This document shows, piece after piece, positions 48,663 through 61,252 of a stretch of DNA of 64,000 nucleotides (position 1 is the stretch's first letter; every line of letters begins with the position of its first letter). The notes beneath the pieces were generated by a model. It worked only from the letters and a program-made list of their open reading frames with translations. It was not told the origin of the DNA and ran no database searches. The translations under genes were made by a program, and so were the position numbers. The DNA lies in contig OZ260664.1 in assembly GCA_965285935.1 (NCBI GenBank), positions 93,806,001-93,870,000 of the forward strand, written 5' to 3'. This stretch comes from Ophelia neglecta. Lineage: Eukaryota.

Positions 48663-50069
48663 CATTCAGTAGCATTCTTAATTTCAAAGAAATAGACCCG
48701 GTTGCGAACGTCGCGAGCTGTGAAGTTCCAAGGTAGCTGGTCGACCATTTTATAACTATCCAAATACTTTTAAAGATCTGCAATATTTCGTATTAGAGCC
48801 TGAGACTTGATGTTGTTCAAGTAAACGTTTTCGCCATTCGTTGTGATTACAAGACCTATACGATGTAGGTGGGGGCAGAGGGGGGGGGGGGGGGGAGTTA
48901 AATCCCATCTTTCCAAGTTAAATTTCGCTAAATTGAAGTCCTCCTCCGCTTGTATGTATGCATCCGCTCTCGGGCCAAATTAGGAGTGCGCAGCTTGCTT
49001 GAGTAACACATATTTTAAATCATTCCTTATTCCAGGTCAAACTCATTCCTCTTGGTGAACATAGTGTTTAGCCTTACGCCTTTTTATACGGCAGGCGATG
49101 CTTTTAATAGGCAAACCTCTACAGGCCGCAAGCAAACGAACTAAAACTACCAACGGCAGCCGATTACATAAATGAGGAATAGGCCACACCATAAACGTTA
49201 AATTCCTTCAGATATCGTCGCGACGTTTCCTACAGTTTTGGCGCCATTTTTGTGGGCGATGACGTCATAGAGGAACATCGTCATGGCGGCGATATGAGCA
49301 TTTCACCGAGGTTTTCACATTAGCTGCTATTATTTTCAATGGGGCCAGATGGAGAGAACCTAGGAAAATATATTCTGTGATATTATTTTTGCTGAATATA
49401 TTGCCATTTATATCGGTAAGATCGCATGCCGAGTTTGAACGGCGTCCGCAGCTTTCTTGGCGGCCAAACGGGACAAAAGGTATGTCCGAGCTTCGGTCTC
49501 AAATAAAAAGAGTCCAAAGAGTACATCTATTATCTTATTTTTCTGGTTTTGAAACTGCAATAAAATATAGAAAAAATGTATGTATGATTTTATCCATATC
49601 TTAAATGTATAAGTCCAGTGCCAGAGTGTGCACATTTCGTACTACTTGGTGTCACATTGAAAAATCATACATCTCTGGAAATGACAGTGACTGCCTAATT
49701 TTATTTTCCTAATTTTTTCTTTTACATAATGATAGTAGCCTAACATAGGAAAGTACATGTATACAAAGAATCTAGCAGCTCGGACGCATGAGTAGTCTAG
49801 TATCTTGAATCTCGCTTAGTTCCCTTTAGACTCTGGGGCAAATAAACACCAAGAATTTAAGGCATATATACAGTATGTATAGGCTTAGATCTATATACAG
49901 TAGGTAATATCACATAAAATTTAGTACTTGTAATATTGTCACGAATGTCAGTGGGCAGACCCAATTATATATAAATTATAAATAGGCCTGAATGATAGAG
50001 TGTATTCTTATAGTCAAATTAGGGTACTGTAGTCAGTACATCATGGTATGATTCCTTTATTTCCTATAG

Positions 50070-52767
50070 TCAAACAAGAGTAGTGCGCACTGTGGAAGAA
50101 TGCAAGAAGAAAGTGGAAAACATAAAAACTCAAAGTGAGTACTATACATGTACTAACTCTTGTCTACCTGGTCCATTCTAGTACATGTATCAACTACTAT
50201 TAATCCAACTGTAGCCAATACCAAGGTGTAAATAATAGTAGTTTTTTATTATCTAGCATCTGTAATCTATAATTTTTAACATGGGTGATAAGTTGAGTGA
50301 TGTAAGGTAAGGGGAAGTACTGCAGGGATTTACAGCATGGAAGAATAAATCTTCTCAGGTTAATGTCATTTTCATTGTGGATAAATAATTAGGACATGAA
50401 TACTCATTTTAGCCAAAGCAAAAATAGATTCATCTTGGAAAACCGGTGAAGGACCAATGCTGGATTCGTTAAGTGAGAGCCAGAAATTGTGGGCATCTAA
50501 AAATACTCTTGCAGTCCACGGACTCCCTGATGGAGTTGAAACAGATTACCAGGGGGACAGCAGTCTAGGTTTCTTTTCTTATTCATAAAAAATAATTAAT
50601 TTACTACAGGAAATAAAACCAGGGTGGCCAAGCCCATTCTTGGCCATTCTTATTTTTAAATAAATTGTATCAAAGTTTAATTTAAGCAATAGACACCAAA
50701 GTCATATACATGGTTTTTTGCCTATGTGAAAGTCCAACATCAACAGGCTTTGCACTGGTATTGCCAAAAATTGGGTCCCCTGGCCCCATGGTCTAGAAAA
50801 AGTGGGGTCTCAACAATGCCGGGAAGGCATGAGCTTGTTAAGTCATACCCCAAATTATTATTTTTGCGTAAAATGAGGGCTGGACATGAAGTAAATTATC
50901 ACAGACCATGATCTCCTGATCATTGTTTGTTAGATCAGGATTTGCATTGACAGTGATAATTTACTTCAAATTTGTGCCTTTTCCTGGTGATTCTTCCTTT
51001 GTTTACCATAATCCACTGAATTTTGACTAGGAGAATTTTAGTAAATAAATTGTCGTCCAGGGTGGTACCCTTTATAGATTGCAACAGTAAATGTACTTTA
51101 TTGAAGGCATTTTTTTTTTCATTTGAAGATCTCACAGTTGAAGAGGAAACAATTTCTGAAAGTAAGGATTAAGACTTTATTACTAATGACATTTAATTAT
51201 ACAACATAGTGCTTCCCTTAAACAAGCTGTCTTCCTATTTGTTAGTGGACAATGAATTTTCTAAAACCCTTTTTCGGGTTATAGCAGCAGCATTCTGTAA
51301 ATTATTATAAATCACAACATTTTTGGTAATTTTCAAGCTGTATTTTCTATAAGTTTATGTGTATGTTGTAACACAATGTTTTTAATTTCATTACAGCCCA
51401 AAATGAATTGGATGAGTCCACCCCGGAGTCCACAAATATTTTCTCTAGAATGAAATGGCAACAAGGTATTCATGATACAGATGTGAATTTTATAAATAAA
51501 TAAATATATCATATGCTAACCAGCACCTTTGTCTGCGGTCTCATATATTTCTAGATGCCTTATTTAATTTAATTTTCATATTTATACTGAACTTATACTG
51601 ATTCATGGTTACCTTTTTCTCCAACTAGGACCTGCTGGGTCCACAGGACAGAAAAAAGGTGAATAAGGCATATTTGAATCTTTCCATCTCTTCAACCCTT
51701 CTCCATTTGAAACTGTGTAAATTGAACATGCTAATGTGGTCCCTTGGCTGACCCTAATAGACAGGTTTTACTGTAATGTCAAATCTAGCCAAGTTGCCAT
51801 TACCAAGACTTGGCCTGTTGACATCCCAAAGTTTTGCCTCAAACAAACATTGTACACCTTTATCAACATTATTATTGGACCACTTTAGTAGTAAGGCAGC
51901 AAGGTTTCTTTTTAGTCATACAGTGAAACATGATCTAGAAGGCACCTGTGTATTAAGGGCACCTGTGAATTAAGGACAATGTATTTAGTTCCCTTAGGTA
52001 TAAGATATTTGGCAAATGAAATTGAGGACACTTTCACTCTGTCCCTTGCATGCTGTGAGTGTTTTTGCTATCTGTAGAATGGCAAAATAGATTATTTATG
52101 TTGAATAAATGTTGAAATTACCCATTTAAATATTAAAAGTTTGATACAAATATTACTTTATTTTGTTTCATAGCTGGTGCAGATAATTTGGACGGGCCGA
52201 GGCCCAGCACTTCCTCCTCTTCCGTCGAGACATCTAGCTCTGCTGGTATGAACTATGATAGATTCGGTATTTTTGTATTTATGCATCAAATCTATTCCAG
52301 TCATTTATTCCAATCATGTGATAAAATTTAATGTAGCTAAACTCTTGTTAATCAGCAACAAATTAGATATTTATGGGGTATTTTTGTTCTTTAAGAGTCG
52401 GATCCTTCTTCAAAGAAAAGGACCTCACAATCTTCCCCTTCAACAAAATGTGAGTTTTTTCTGTCTCTATAAACAATATTTACTACATGTGTTACAGTTT
52501 TGGAAATTGTTGTATTTAACAGGACATATTTGGTGACTGGCTTGAAGTCATGATGTCGTAATATGACACCTGATGAACATAAATATGTGAAATATTGAAT
52601 GAACAGCTATTTGTTGTGTTTAGTTTGTCACTTTTATGTCAGTAATTAGTGTGCATATATTTGTAGATTCTCCTAAGAGGAAAAGGATCTCTGTAATTGA
52701 GGAACAACAATTGAGAACACTTAAGCAGGAGGAGAGGACTTATTTAGTAATGGAGCAGAAAGCAAAG
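50070..52767 (+). pseudogene. Harbinger Myb/SANT DNA-binding gene, exons 2-9
   Basis: Phase-consistent AG/GT exons 50070-50134 (RTVEECKKKVENIK), 50413-50568 (KTGEGP..VHGLPDGVET), 51129-51161, 51397-51465, 51629-51658, 52174-52245, 52396-52449, 52667-52767. Confidence 0.75.
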
Positions 52768-53111
52768 GTGCTGATTGCTTTAACTACATATACTTTATGT
52801 TTTATTTGCCACTGGCTTTTAAAATATCACACCAAAACCTTTTTTTAAAGGCTATTCAATCAATACAAACAAATTTCAAATTTGATGTACTAAGGGAGTT
52901 ACTATTGTCTGATGCATTGTATTCTGGTAATATTTGGTTTTCAATTCTATTTAGTCTAGTTACAGAAGCAGTTGGTATATTTTCTGCTGCCCTTTAATTT
53001 TGCATTTTTTGAGGTCTTCAATAGTTTATACCAGCTAGGCCCTTCATTTTCACAAGCCTTGATATGAATGCACACACCTAATTAGAAATTATCAATTCAT
53101 AACTATTGCAG

Positions 53112-53515
53112 GAGTACATGACGGTCTGCTCCTTGGAGACTCTGGCTACCCACTGCGTCCCAGCCTCATGACACCTTTTGTCACTCCTGCATTAAGAGAA
53201 GAGCAGCGCTACAACAGTGCATTAACCAGGGCTCGTGTGAGGGTGGAACAGACAATAGGTATCCTAACAAGACGGTTCCAATGCCTACATATAGGGCTGC
53301 GGTTCCAGCCATCAAGGTGTGCCCGTGTTGTGGTGGCATGTGCTGTGCTCCACAATATTGTAAATGCGCTGCGAGACACCTGGGAGGATGATGAATGGCA
53401 CAACGACCAGCCTGGAGAGGAAGATGACAATCGCCTTGCACATGACAATAATGAAGATAGTGTGGCTGCTTGGCAAGCAAGAAGGCAAGGCATTGTCAGG
53501 AATGTCTTTGTATAT
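53112..53515 (+). pseudogene. Harbinger transposase last exon (inverted relative to preceding exons)
   Basis: LLGDSGYPLRPSLMTP..YN..RARVRVEQTIGILTRRFQCL..ACAVLHN. Confidence 0.92.
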
Positions 53516-53547
53516 CTAATTATATCTACAAAATAATGATAGCTTAC

Positions 53548-54207
53548 CAGCTGAAAACTGCTCAGAAAGATGACAACTGCGCCATATCCGGCTGTCATGG
53601 GTTGAACCAGGCCACTTTGACACGATACTTGTGATATTAAAACAGTGGTCACAAATAATCTGTCTATAGAAGGACATCATTAACAGACCGTCAGTAATAA
53701 ATATTACTATTCCAGTATATGTAGATATACTGGTACTTTCAGTATTGTTGCACACTTTTTCTTTTCCATGATAGGTATTGAGTCGTAGAATTACTTCATC
53801 CAGTAATCTTGAATTAATTTGGTAGGGGAGGAAGGCACATGTCCCAGCCTCTAGCCTTCTTCTGAACCAGCCGATGCCTGCTGGTAGTAGGTTGGTAGTC
53901 ATGTAAGAAACCATGAATTGTGCCTCTCTGGCAAAAATGAGCATACATTACACTTATTTATTGTAGATCTAGAGCACTAAGATATTTTCTGAGAATTATG
54001 CACAAAAGATAAACACCCACTATTTTTATTAAAACATGTCCCATCCAGATGTTATTAGTATTAAACATTTAGATATAAAACATAATCAACTAACTTGAAC
54101 GTTAAGTGCATGGAACATCTTCCGGGAGACATACAGATCTTCTATGTCATGGGGTGCCTGAATCGCAATCAATGTTCCGTCAACACAGCCAAGCACGGAT
54201 GGGAAGC
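53548..54207 (-). pseudogene. Harbinger transposase catalytic exons
   Basis: 54095-54207 GFPSVLGCVDGTLIAI..SRKMFHALNVQ; 53548-53659 IICD..KWPGSTHDSRIW; canonical splice sites. Confidence 0.92.
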
Positions 54208-54258
54208 CTTTGAAAAAAGTAGAATGTCTTTGTTAATGGATAGACCTGTCACCTCCTT

Positions 54259-54890
54259 GGGCTGGTTCCTGGAAACAGGATTAAGGATTAATCGGATTAA
54301 ATAATAAGATTAAATATTTTAATCTGGATTAACTTTTTTTTGATTGCCAGAAACAGGATTAAGTCAGGTTTTGGGATTAAATTTTAATCCTACTCAAGAG
54401 TAGGATTAAAATTGCTTAATCAGGATTAAGCAACTGTTTTGTGGTTAAGTATGGCAGCCAATAGACCCCGTCAGCCTTTGAGGCATATTCGCCGAGCTTT
54501 TGCTGCCGCTGCGCATCTAAAGCACACACCAAGGGTGTTTAGAGGTTGGCAGAATCCCCTAGAAATATACACCGAAGAAGAAGTTAGAGTGAGATACCGT
54601 TTTAGGCCTGACACAATTATGTATCTTGTCGGAATGGTGGCACCATGGCTGGACAGAAACACACAGAGATCTATGTCCTGCTTCAGGTATGCATATTACT
54701 GAGACATTTTGCTACAGGATCCTTTCAAGTCGTTGTCGGGGACACCATAGGTATCCACAAGGGAACAGTCAGCAAGGTGGGTTCATCGATGCTGCTGGTA
54801 ATGAATCACCTAGCAAGGCACTTTATCCGGTTGCCAGCAGGGCAGGATATTGCCAACAACCAGATGTTCAAATTCAAGAGTTTATGTTTA
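54259..54890 (+). mobile_element. Harbinger terminus plus first transposase exon (frameshifted)
   Basis: GGGCTGGTTCCTGGAAAC with ggattaa subterminal repeats; RVFR..NPLE..RYRF..ATGSFQVVVGDTIGIHKGTVSK. Confidence 0.88.
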
Positions 54891-55384
54891 TGTAACATGA
54901 AGACTATTGATGTGAATAGATGCTTCCTTTTGCGTTTGTTTGTTTGTTTGGGGGAGGGAGGGAGTTTACTTGCAAGTATCAAGCAACAGTGAAAAATAAT
55001 TTACACGAGGCTAAAAGAATTATAAAAAAGGTTACTTTGAATTATAGTTCAGTATTTTTTTTCATATTTTTTTTTTATTGTTATTAAGCACTTTGACAAA
55101 TAGAAGATAAAAGGACACATGAACGCATTCAGATACTAGATGACTTGTACCAACATCATCTCATTTGAAACAAAAGATCAACGCTATGAATGAATGCATT
55201 CATCATGGAGATGTTACTTCTTGTTGCACATTTTACACTACTAAGATGATACCGTGGTTTGACCTTCATACATGTGAAAGTCTATCAGAAACTACAACAA
55301 AAGACCAAAAAGTACTCATACATAAATGGGTTTCGTTTACACGGTCGTGCATGGTGAACAAGATCAATAATTTATGACAACTTA

Positions 55385-55800
55385 TGAGAAATGACTATAC
55401 GAGATGGAGGCCGTGATCAATTTAAACGGGACACCTCTCAGCCAGCTTTCCAATGCGTCAGTCCGTCAGACAGGATCTGTGCAGCTTAGGAACTCCGGCC
55501 TCGCCCTGAAAGTCGGTAACACTTCCTGCGGTGCAAGCCGATGATATCGCGCTGGCGTCGCTGTCCGCGTCCGAGCTGCAGTCACGAATGACCGTAGCAG
55601 AAAAGTATGCCCGCCGGCGGAGGTTCGTGTTCAATACTTCCAAGACAAATATACTAGTGTTTAGCCCGAGTATTAGGTTACAACGCCCCAGGGAGACCAT
55701 CTCTTGGTCCTCCTGCGGGGATTCACTTCATATCTCAGCCGAGTGTATCCATGTGGGGGTTCTCCTGAACTCTATATTGGACTCCGTCGGCCGCACAACG
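55385..55800 (+). pseudogene. Non-LTR RT fragment
   Basis: VRQGS..QADDIAL..ELQ..FNTSKTNILVF. Confidence 0.75.
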
Positions 55801-56460
55801 AAATGGAGAGTACTGCCTTCTAGCAGCTGCAAGTCGCTCCAGGAACTGGTCCCATAAAGAAGAAAGGCTCAGGTCAAAGCGTACGTTGAGAGGAGGGCTC
55901 AGCTAAAGTCAAGATTCTCGATGAAAATAACCAAACAATCAAAAACCAAAACATGGGATGATATTGTCCAGAGGGTAAACATGTAAGAGTTTTGCTTGCT
56001 CTGCTGTGCTGACGAGCCGAGGCGAGTAGTGCGATGCAGTATGAAATGTCAGTAGCCATGCGGTACTGTATATGTTTGGAAGGCCAAGGCCATAGAAACT
56101 GAACAGGGAGCCTGTTGAAAAGCCAACGAAATTCATATGTCAAATTTGCCTTTGGAACTTATGTTCTTATCTATTTGCTTGTTAGATGATATTTGATAAT
56201 GATTATGCTGAGTCGTAGCTTAGTGATATAAGTTAATCTTGTGGATTAAATGGGTTGCTTGAAGCAGGATTAAGCGTGGATTTGTTAATCCGATTAGATT
56301 AAAAGTTAATCGGATTAATTCAATATTTGAGATCACTTACGAATACGGATTCTGGGGCATATCCTGTTATCAAGCTTCATACGCCTTCGAAAATATATTA
56401 TCGCACGTGATGCCAGCGTCACCTGTTTGGAATATGAGGCATCTCGTCGTCTGCAACAAA

Positions 56461-56642
56461 ATGTATGCCGCGCAGTCAAGCAGAACAGTGAGTCGCACGA
56501 AGAATTGGAGCCCAAGAGAGGTGGAATCGTTAATTAGAGGGAACGTGGAGAGGAGGGAGGACATGGAGGCGGGATTTTCCGTAAAAGTATCAAAAAAGGC
56601 AAATGCAAAAGCATGGGAAGAGGTCGCCAAGAGAGTGAACAG
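56461..56642 (+). pseudogene. Harbinger Myb/SANT gene exon 1
   Basis: RTKNWSPREVESLI..KAWEEVAKRVN|gtaag; preceded by ggattaa repeats (56230-56320). Confidence 0.8.
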
Positions 56643-57069
56643 GTAAGATTTTGCTTGTTTGGTTGTGTTGACGAGCCCTGTGCCGGCCGCACAGAAGGTG
56701 TTGATAGTAGCTGATTTGATAGTGCTATCAAAACACTATCAAACCACGCACTATCAACACCTACGAAATAGCCGCACAGAAGCTTCTGATAGCCGCTACT
56801 GTTGATAGGCCCTTGATAGGCCGTTGATAGCATTGTTCGCCTATCAAATGGGCCTTCATCTATTTTTAGAATGCGGTTTCCTTGGATACAGGTACAATTG
56901 CGTTAAGATTTTAGCAGACGACCTGTTGACAGAATTTTTGGGGTTTAGGCCTAGGCCTATCAGTGTTTTTTTTTAGTCTTGACATTTAGGCCTAAGCTAC
57001 TGTCAGAATATAGGCTATTTATTATCTGAGATTGTTCACCTATAATCCAGCTGGTAGGCCTAATTGCGT

Positions 57070-57455
57070 ACGCAAAACCTAAGAGAGCTCGTGCTCCTGA
57101 CTACTCTGAGGCAGAAATATCTGTGATACGGGGTAATTTTGTAAAGCATAACAAAGTTTTGTCATCTAAACACAGCAATGACTCTACGCAGAAAATGAAG
57201 GACAAAATATACAAGGATATAGCGGGTGAAGTAAACGCATTAGGAGTAGCCGAAAGGAGCCTGCAGAGCATCAAAGACAAGTGGCAAACATTGAAAAAGA
57301 CCGTGAAGGATAAAGTAACCTCAAATGTGCGAGAGAAGAGGAGAGAGCGCGATCAAACAGGAGGCGGAGAAAACCATACCCTTGACGACCCAGACATTGT
57401 AGTTACCCTGCGCAATGAAGAAAAGGAGATACTGCAAGTTATCCCCCCTCTGCAG
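57070..57455 (+). pseudogene. Second Harbinger-type Myb/SANT (MSANTD4/NAIF1-like) coding fragment
   Basis: RARAPDYSEAE..IAGEVNALG..RSLQSIKDKWQTLK..QTGGG. Confidence 0.8.
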
Positions 57456-59678
57456 AGTTTCAAATTCCTATTCCATCACACTAAAGGTGCTCACTATGGG
57501 CGTTCCCGGGTCTTAACAAGTCACTTAAGGTGCTCTCGGGAACCTTAAGTGACTCGATACTTTAATCATAATTGCCCCCACTCCCCCTCCCGGCGCAGTT
57601 GTGGGCAACAGGTGGACAACACCCTCAATTTAGTGTCAGTCTGATGGTTATCTAGGCAACCGTTGCTGTAAGCAGATGGAGGCTGGAACGAGGACGTCTT
57701 CCGGTAGTCATTTGCCTCTAAATGGTAAGAGGAAATATTTTTATTACCGGGTTTTATTTAAATTTAATATCGCTATTTATTTGTAATTAATCTTTTATTC
57801 AAAACTGTATTTTGTATAAAATTCATTTCCTTTGGCGTCATTCATATGAGCACGACCGAAAGCTAGACCAATGACAGAAGGACCGATGATGAGGGAGAGT
57901 TAAGATGAAATGACCATTGTAATGGTTTTCATACGAGACGACAACGACGATAAATAATGACGCTGCATGCTTGACAATAATGTTTAGATATAACTTATTG
58001 TCTGACGCATCACAATACATTCTTCTTTGTCAAATAGATGAGGAACCCCCCCCCCCCCCATCCATGATGCGATCTAGAATTTGGCAGAAAACTGAGGAAG
58101 TCACTGAGGGTAGCCCACGACGATGACACATATAGGAATCTTATAACCAGGGAAAACCAGAAGGCCACACACGTCGCTGTTCAAATAGCCACCAAGAACT
58201 CATGGACTCCTTGAAAGTCCAGCCGATAACAATGATAATGGCGAGCAGCCTGGGACCTCGACTGGAGAACCCACCACTCAAAGGAGAAAGCTTGGATGGT
58301 GCCCCAACCCTAGGAACACACAGGCAAAAGGGCAGAGCTCCCCTAAGAAAGCCAGGAATCAAAACACTGGCTTCGTCTTCACAGATGAACATAGAACCCT
58401 AGTCAACAGAGCTCTAGAAATCCTGTCCAAAGCCAATATTAATAATAATAGCACCACAAGACTGTCAATCGAAGAAGCCAATAACCTGATAATGTCAAAT
58501 ACAGATTTTGACATCACTTTATTTTCTAGACTTCCAACAGGCATTATACCTGAACTTGTACTAAATGAAGAGAGCATCGACTTGTATTCAAGGCTTTTTG
58601 TTGTCAATCTATCAAGTACAACCCTTGATGATAACACTACTTATTGATAAAGGTCTCAACTTCTGCCCTTACCCCCAGAGAAGCAGATCTCAAACAAACA
58701 GTGAAGACCTTAATGCGTATTTCCGCCGGATGAAACATTTCTGTTATGACAATAATACTTGACCAACAGATCTGAAAATTATTTCTTGTCAACATTTAAC
58801 ACGAATCGACTTGGAATCGACCCCAGACCAAGATGTAGCGTTTACTGCCTTTACAGAGGCAGTACAACGCGACATAGAATGTATATCTTCTAGAGCCCCA
58901 AAAATCCATCCATTCTAGAGCACCACGCCAGCCTAACCTGACCAATGAACAAACCAAAGATTTAGACAATCTGCTAAAGAACAACTTTTTAACTAAAAAA
59001 GGGCAGATAAGAGTGGAGCGTTTATAGTGCCGAACAAAGTAGACTATGTACATGAAGCTTACCGCTAGTTATCAGACACTAAATGGCTACTTCCTAGAAG
59101 AGATACAAAAACTGGTTGAAGAAATGTTTAACAAAGAATTCATCTCTGAACATGCGTTTAAAAGCCTAGTCCAGAGAAAATGCAAAGCCCCAACTTTTAC
59201 CTACTCCAAAAATTCATAAAAAGGGCATTCCAGGCAGACCTATACTTTTTGCAAACAACTTTTCCACTGAGAACATATCTGGAATTGTAGACTCTTACTT
59301 ATACAAGCACGTCCCAAAGTTGAAGAGCTACATTAAGGATACCACCCAATTAATTAAAATAGTCGAATCAATACCCGAACTACCAGTCGGCGTCCTATAA
59401 GTGTCCTTCGACATTGTGTTAATTTATACCAGAATGGTTCACAGGGATGGCTTAACTGCGGCCAAGGATGCTTTAATGATGCCCACTTGACTCGATTCAA
59501 TCTAGGATACCACTTCTACGATGCCTAGACAAAGTCTTTGCATTAACACTTTCAAGTTTAACGGCAAACACTTTATCCAAACCAAGGGAATCGCTATGGG
59601 AACCAGAGTTGCCCATCAAACTCTTGCCTCGTGGCAGAAAAACTTGAATTAATAATACTTATGACAGCCCCCAATAAA

Positions 59679-59849
59679 CTGGCTTTTGATTAAAATTGGA
59701 GGCTCGGAGCTACATACCCCTGATTCCCTTTCCCTAACCCTTAAATCAACCCACAGATACAACCCTTGCCTTGCCTATGATTTGTTGCTTTGTGTCACTC
59801 AGAAATACCTAAGGCCTCCGCAGAGCCTCTGCGTTTAATTAATGGCCAG
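59679..59849. mobile_element. MITE inserted in the Penelope RT
   Basis: Termini CTGGCttttgattaaa / tttaattaatgGCCAG with aaa duplicated on both sides; RT sequence resumes after it. Confidence 0.65.
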
Positions 59850-60023
59850 AAACCCCTATGTCTGGTACCGCTTCATGGACAATATTTTCAGCATATGGCT
59901 GCAACTAAAGAATTATAGTGACCCCTGTGACAAAAGGGACTGCAAGATCTGCACCTTAATTGTGATAGCCAGTTATTTCCAAAGCACGGTTACAGGAAGA
60001 ACGCCAATTGGCTTAACATAACC

Positions 60024-60356
60024 ATGGATCCAGTAGCGCTAATCCAGCACGACCACACCTATCAGGCAAAATGGAAAACTTTCACCCTTGGCACTGAGAT
60101 TAACTTACATAGCTTTTGCACTAGTGTCATTGGCAGCAAAAGTGCTACAAGTATGCACAATTCCGAAAAACACCGTTCCATCAAATGGCACTGTTGCAAT
60201 GACTGCGGCGAATGGTTCCACCGTCCTGAACACTCAGCAAACCACAAACTGACTTGGAACCACATCTGTACTTGTATCGAGGATACTACCGACGATGACA
60301 CCACGATGTCGGGCATCCGAGCAGACGAACTTATGGACACTGCAAATCGTCACTAG
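60024..60356 (+). CDS. Double C2H2 zinc-finger module carried by the Penelope-like element
   Basis: (C/H)SFC-x12-H-x4-H and CNDC-x3-F-x8-H-x5-H; the second copy at 63147-63481 has the first Cys. Confidence 0.7.
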   Translation: MDPVALIQHDHTYQAKWKTFTLGTEINLHSFCTSVIGSKSATSMHNSEKHRSIKWHCCNDCGEWFHRPEHSANHKLTWNHICTCIEDTTDDDTTMSGIRADELMDTANRH

Positions 60357-60500
60357 GCACTTTCATTCATAAAGGAAAACGGATAAAAGAAAAATACACT
60401 TACTGAAGTGTCTGGGCCGACCAGATAACCAACCACCACACTGCTGACACCTGTAGTGGACATTACTCCATATCGCCATAAAGGCGAGGGAGCGAGTGTC

Positions 60501-60555
60501 TCACTGACATTGACGAAGATTGTTTTTGCAATCGAAAGGCCTAAATCACCGGTGA
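60501..60555 (+). ncRNA. Minimal type I hammerhead ribozyme (degenerate)
   Basis: tTGACGA-a-gattg-tttttg-caatc-GAAA-ggcc-TA; palindromic GGCC tetraloop in stem III; C3 to U change and weakened stem I. Confidence 0.65.
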
Positions 60556-61252
60556 CGACCACCTGCCAGTCTATTGCCTAGTGCCGGCTTTAATACTTTG
60601 AAAATGTATATCTTAACAATGTTCATGAGAAAATTTGCAAATGCAATGTAATTGTTATACAATAAAAATGTGATTATGAAGCCATTATTATCAATGTTTG
60701 GTTAAGCTGCTTACAGCTCCTGTCCTTGTTCACTGAGTTTAACCTTGGTCTCCTCCTCTCTGCACTTTGGAATGGTTACAAAAGTGTATTGCGAATCAAG
60801 TAAACGACGGATAAAATAAAATGAAGGACATAGTGAAGAAAACCAGAAACACAAATTAGACTGAAGAATGAACATTTTAATATTCGGTAAAGACGACAGA
60901 ATCTGCAAAGCACGCAAATGACATAGAGGATATAAATAACAGGACATTGGTAGGAATCAGACGAAAAGAATACGGACGGACAAGGGTCATAAAGATAGGT
61001 ACCAAATACTGTGCAGATGGAAAAAAGTATGACGCTATGAGTATAAATGATGAAAATCCAATTTCAAATGAAGATAGTGAAGACAGGTAGCGAAAATCTG
61101 GAGCTCAAAAAGTAACTGAAACGGACGTAGAGAGCTAAAACCGGAAAGGGTTCAGAAGAGATTAATGAACAAGAATCGACACTTTTTAATCTATCGGATA
61201 CAGTTTTAACTAATGATAAAAAAATCGGTAATTGGTAAAGGGGTTAGTCTTT

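Larger units (their letters stand above)
33161..49503 (+). mobile_element. Large Tc1/mariner-superfamily (ITm, Sailor-like) transposon with 268-bp TIRs and nested insertions
   Basis: 33161-33428 is the reverse complement of 49236-49503 (about 4 mismatches); TA|TTTGAGACCG...CGGTCTCAAA|TA; encloses ITm transposase exons 43179-45963. Confidence 0.75.
57563..60695 (+). mobile_element. Penelope-like retroelement, unit A (decayed RT, GIY-YIG largely deleted, ZnF module, hammerhead)
   Basis: DKGLNFCP, ADKSG, KIHKKGIPGRPI, SYIKDTT, SFDIV.IYT, QTKGIAMGT, WYRFMDNIF, PCDKRDCKIC, TPIGL(N) remnants across frames. Confidence 0.85.

Noticed and set aside
60700-61250. Purine-rich insert between PLE units as a captured gene
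   Set aside because: Multiple stops and no recognisable domain; needs BLASTX.
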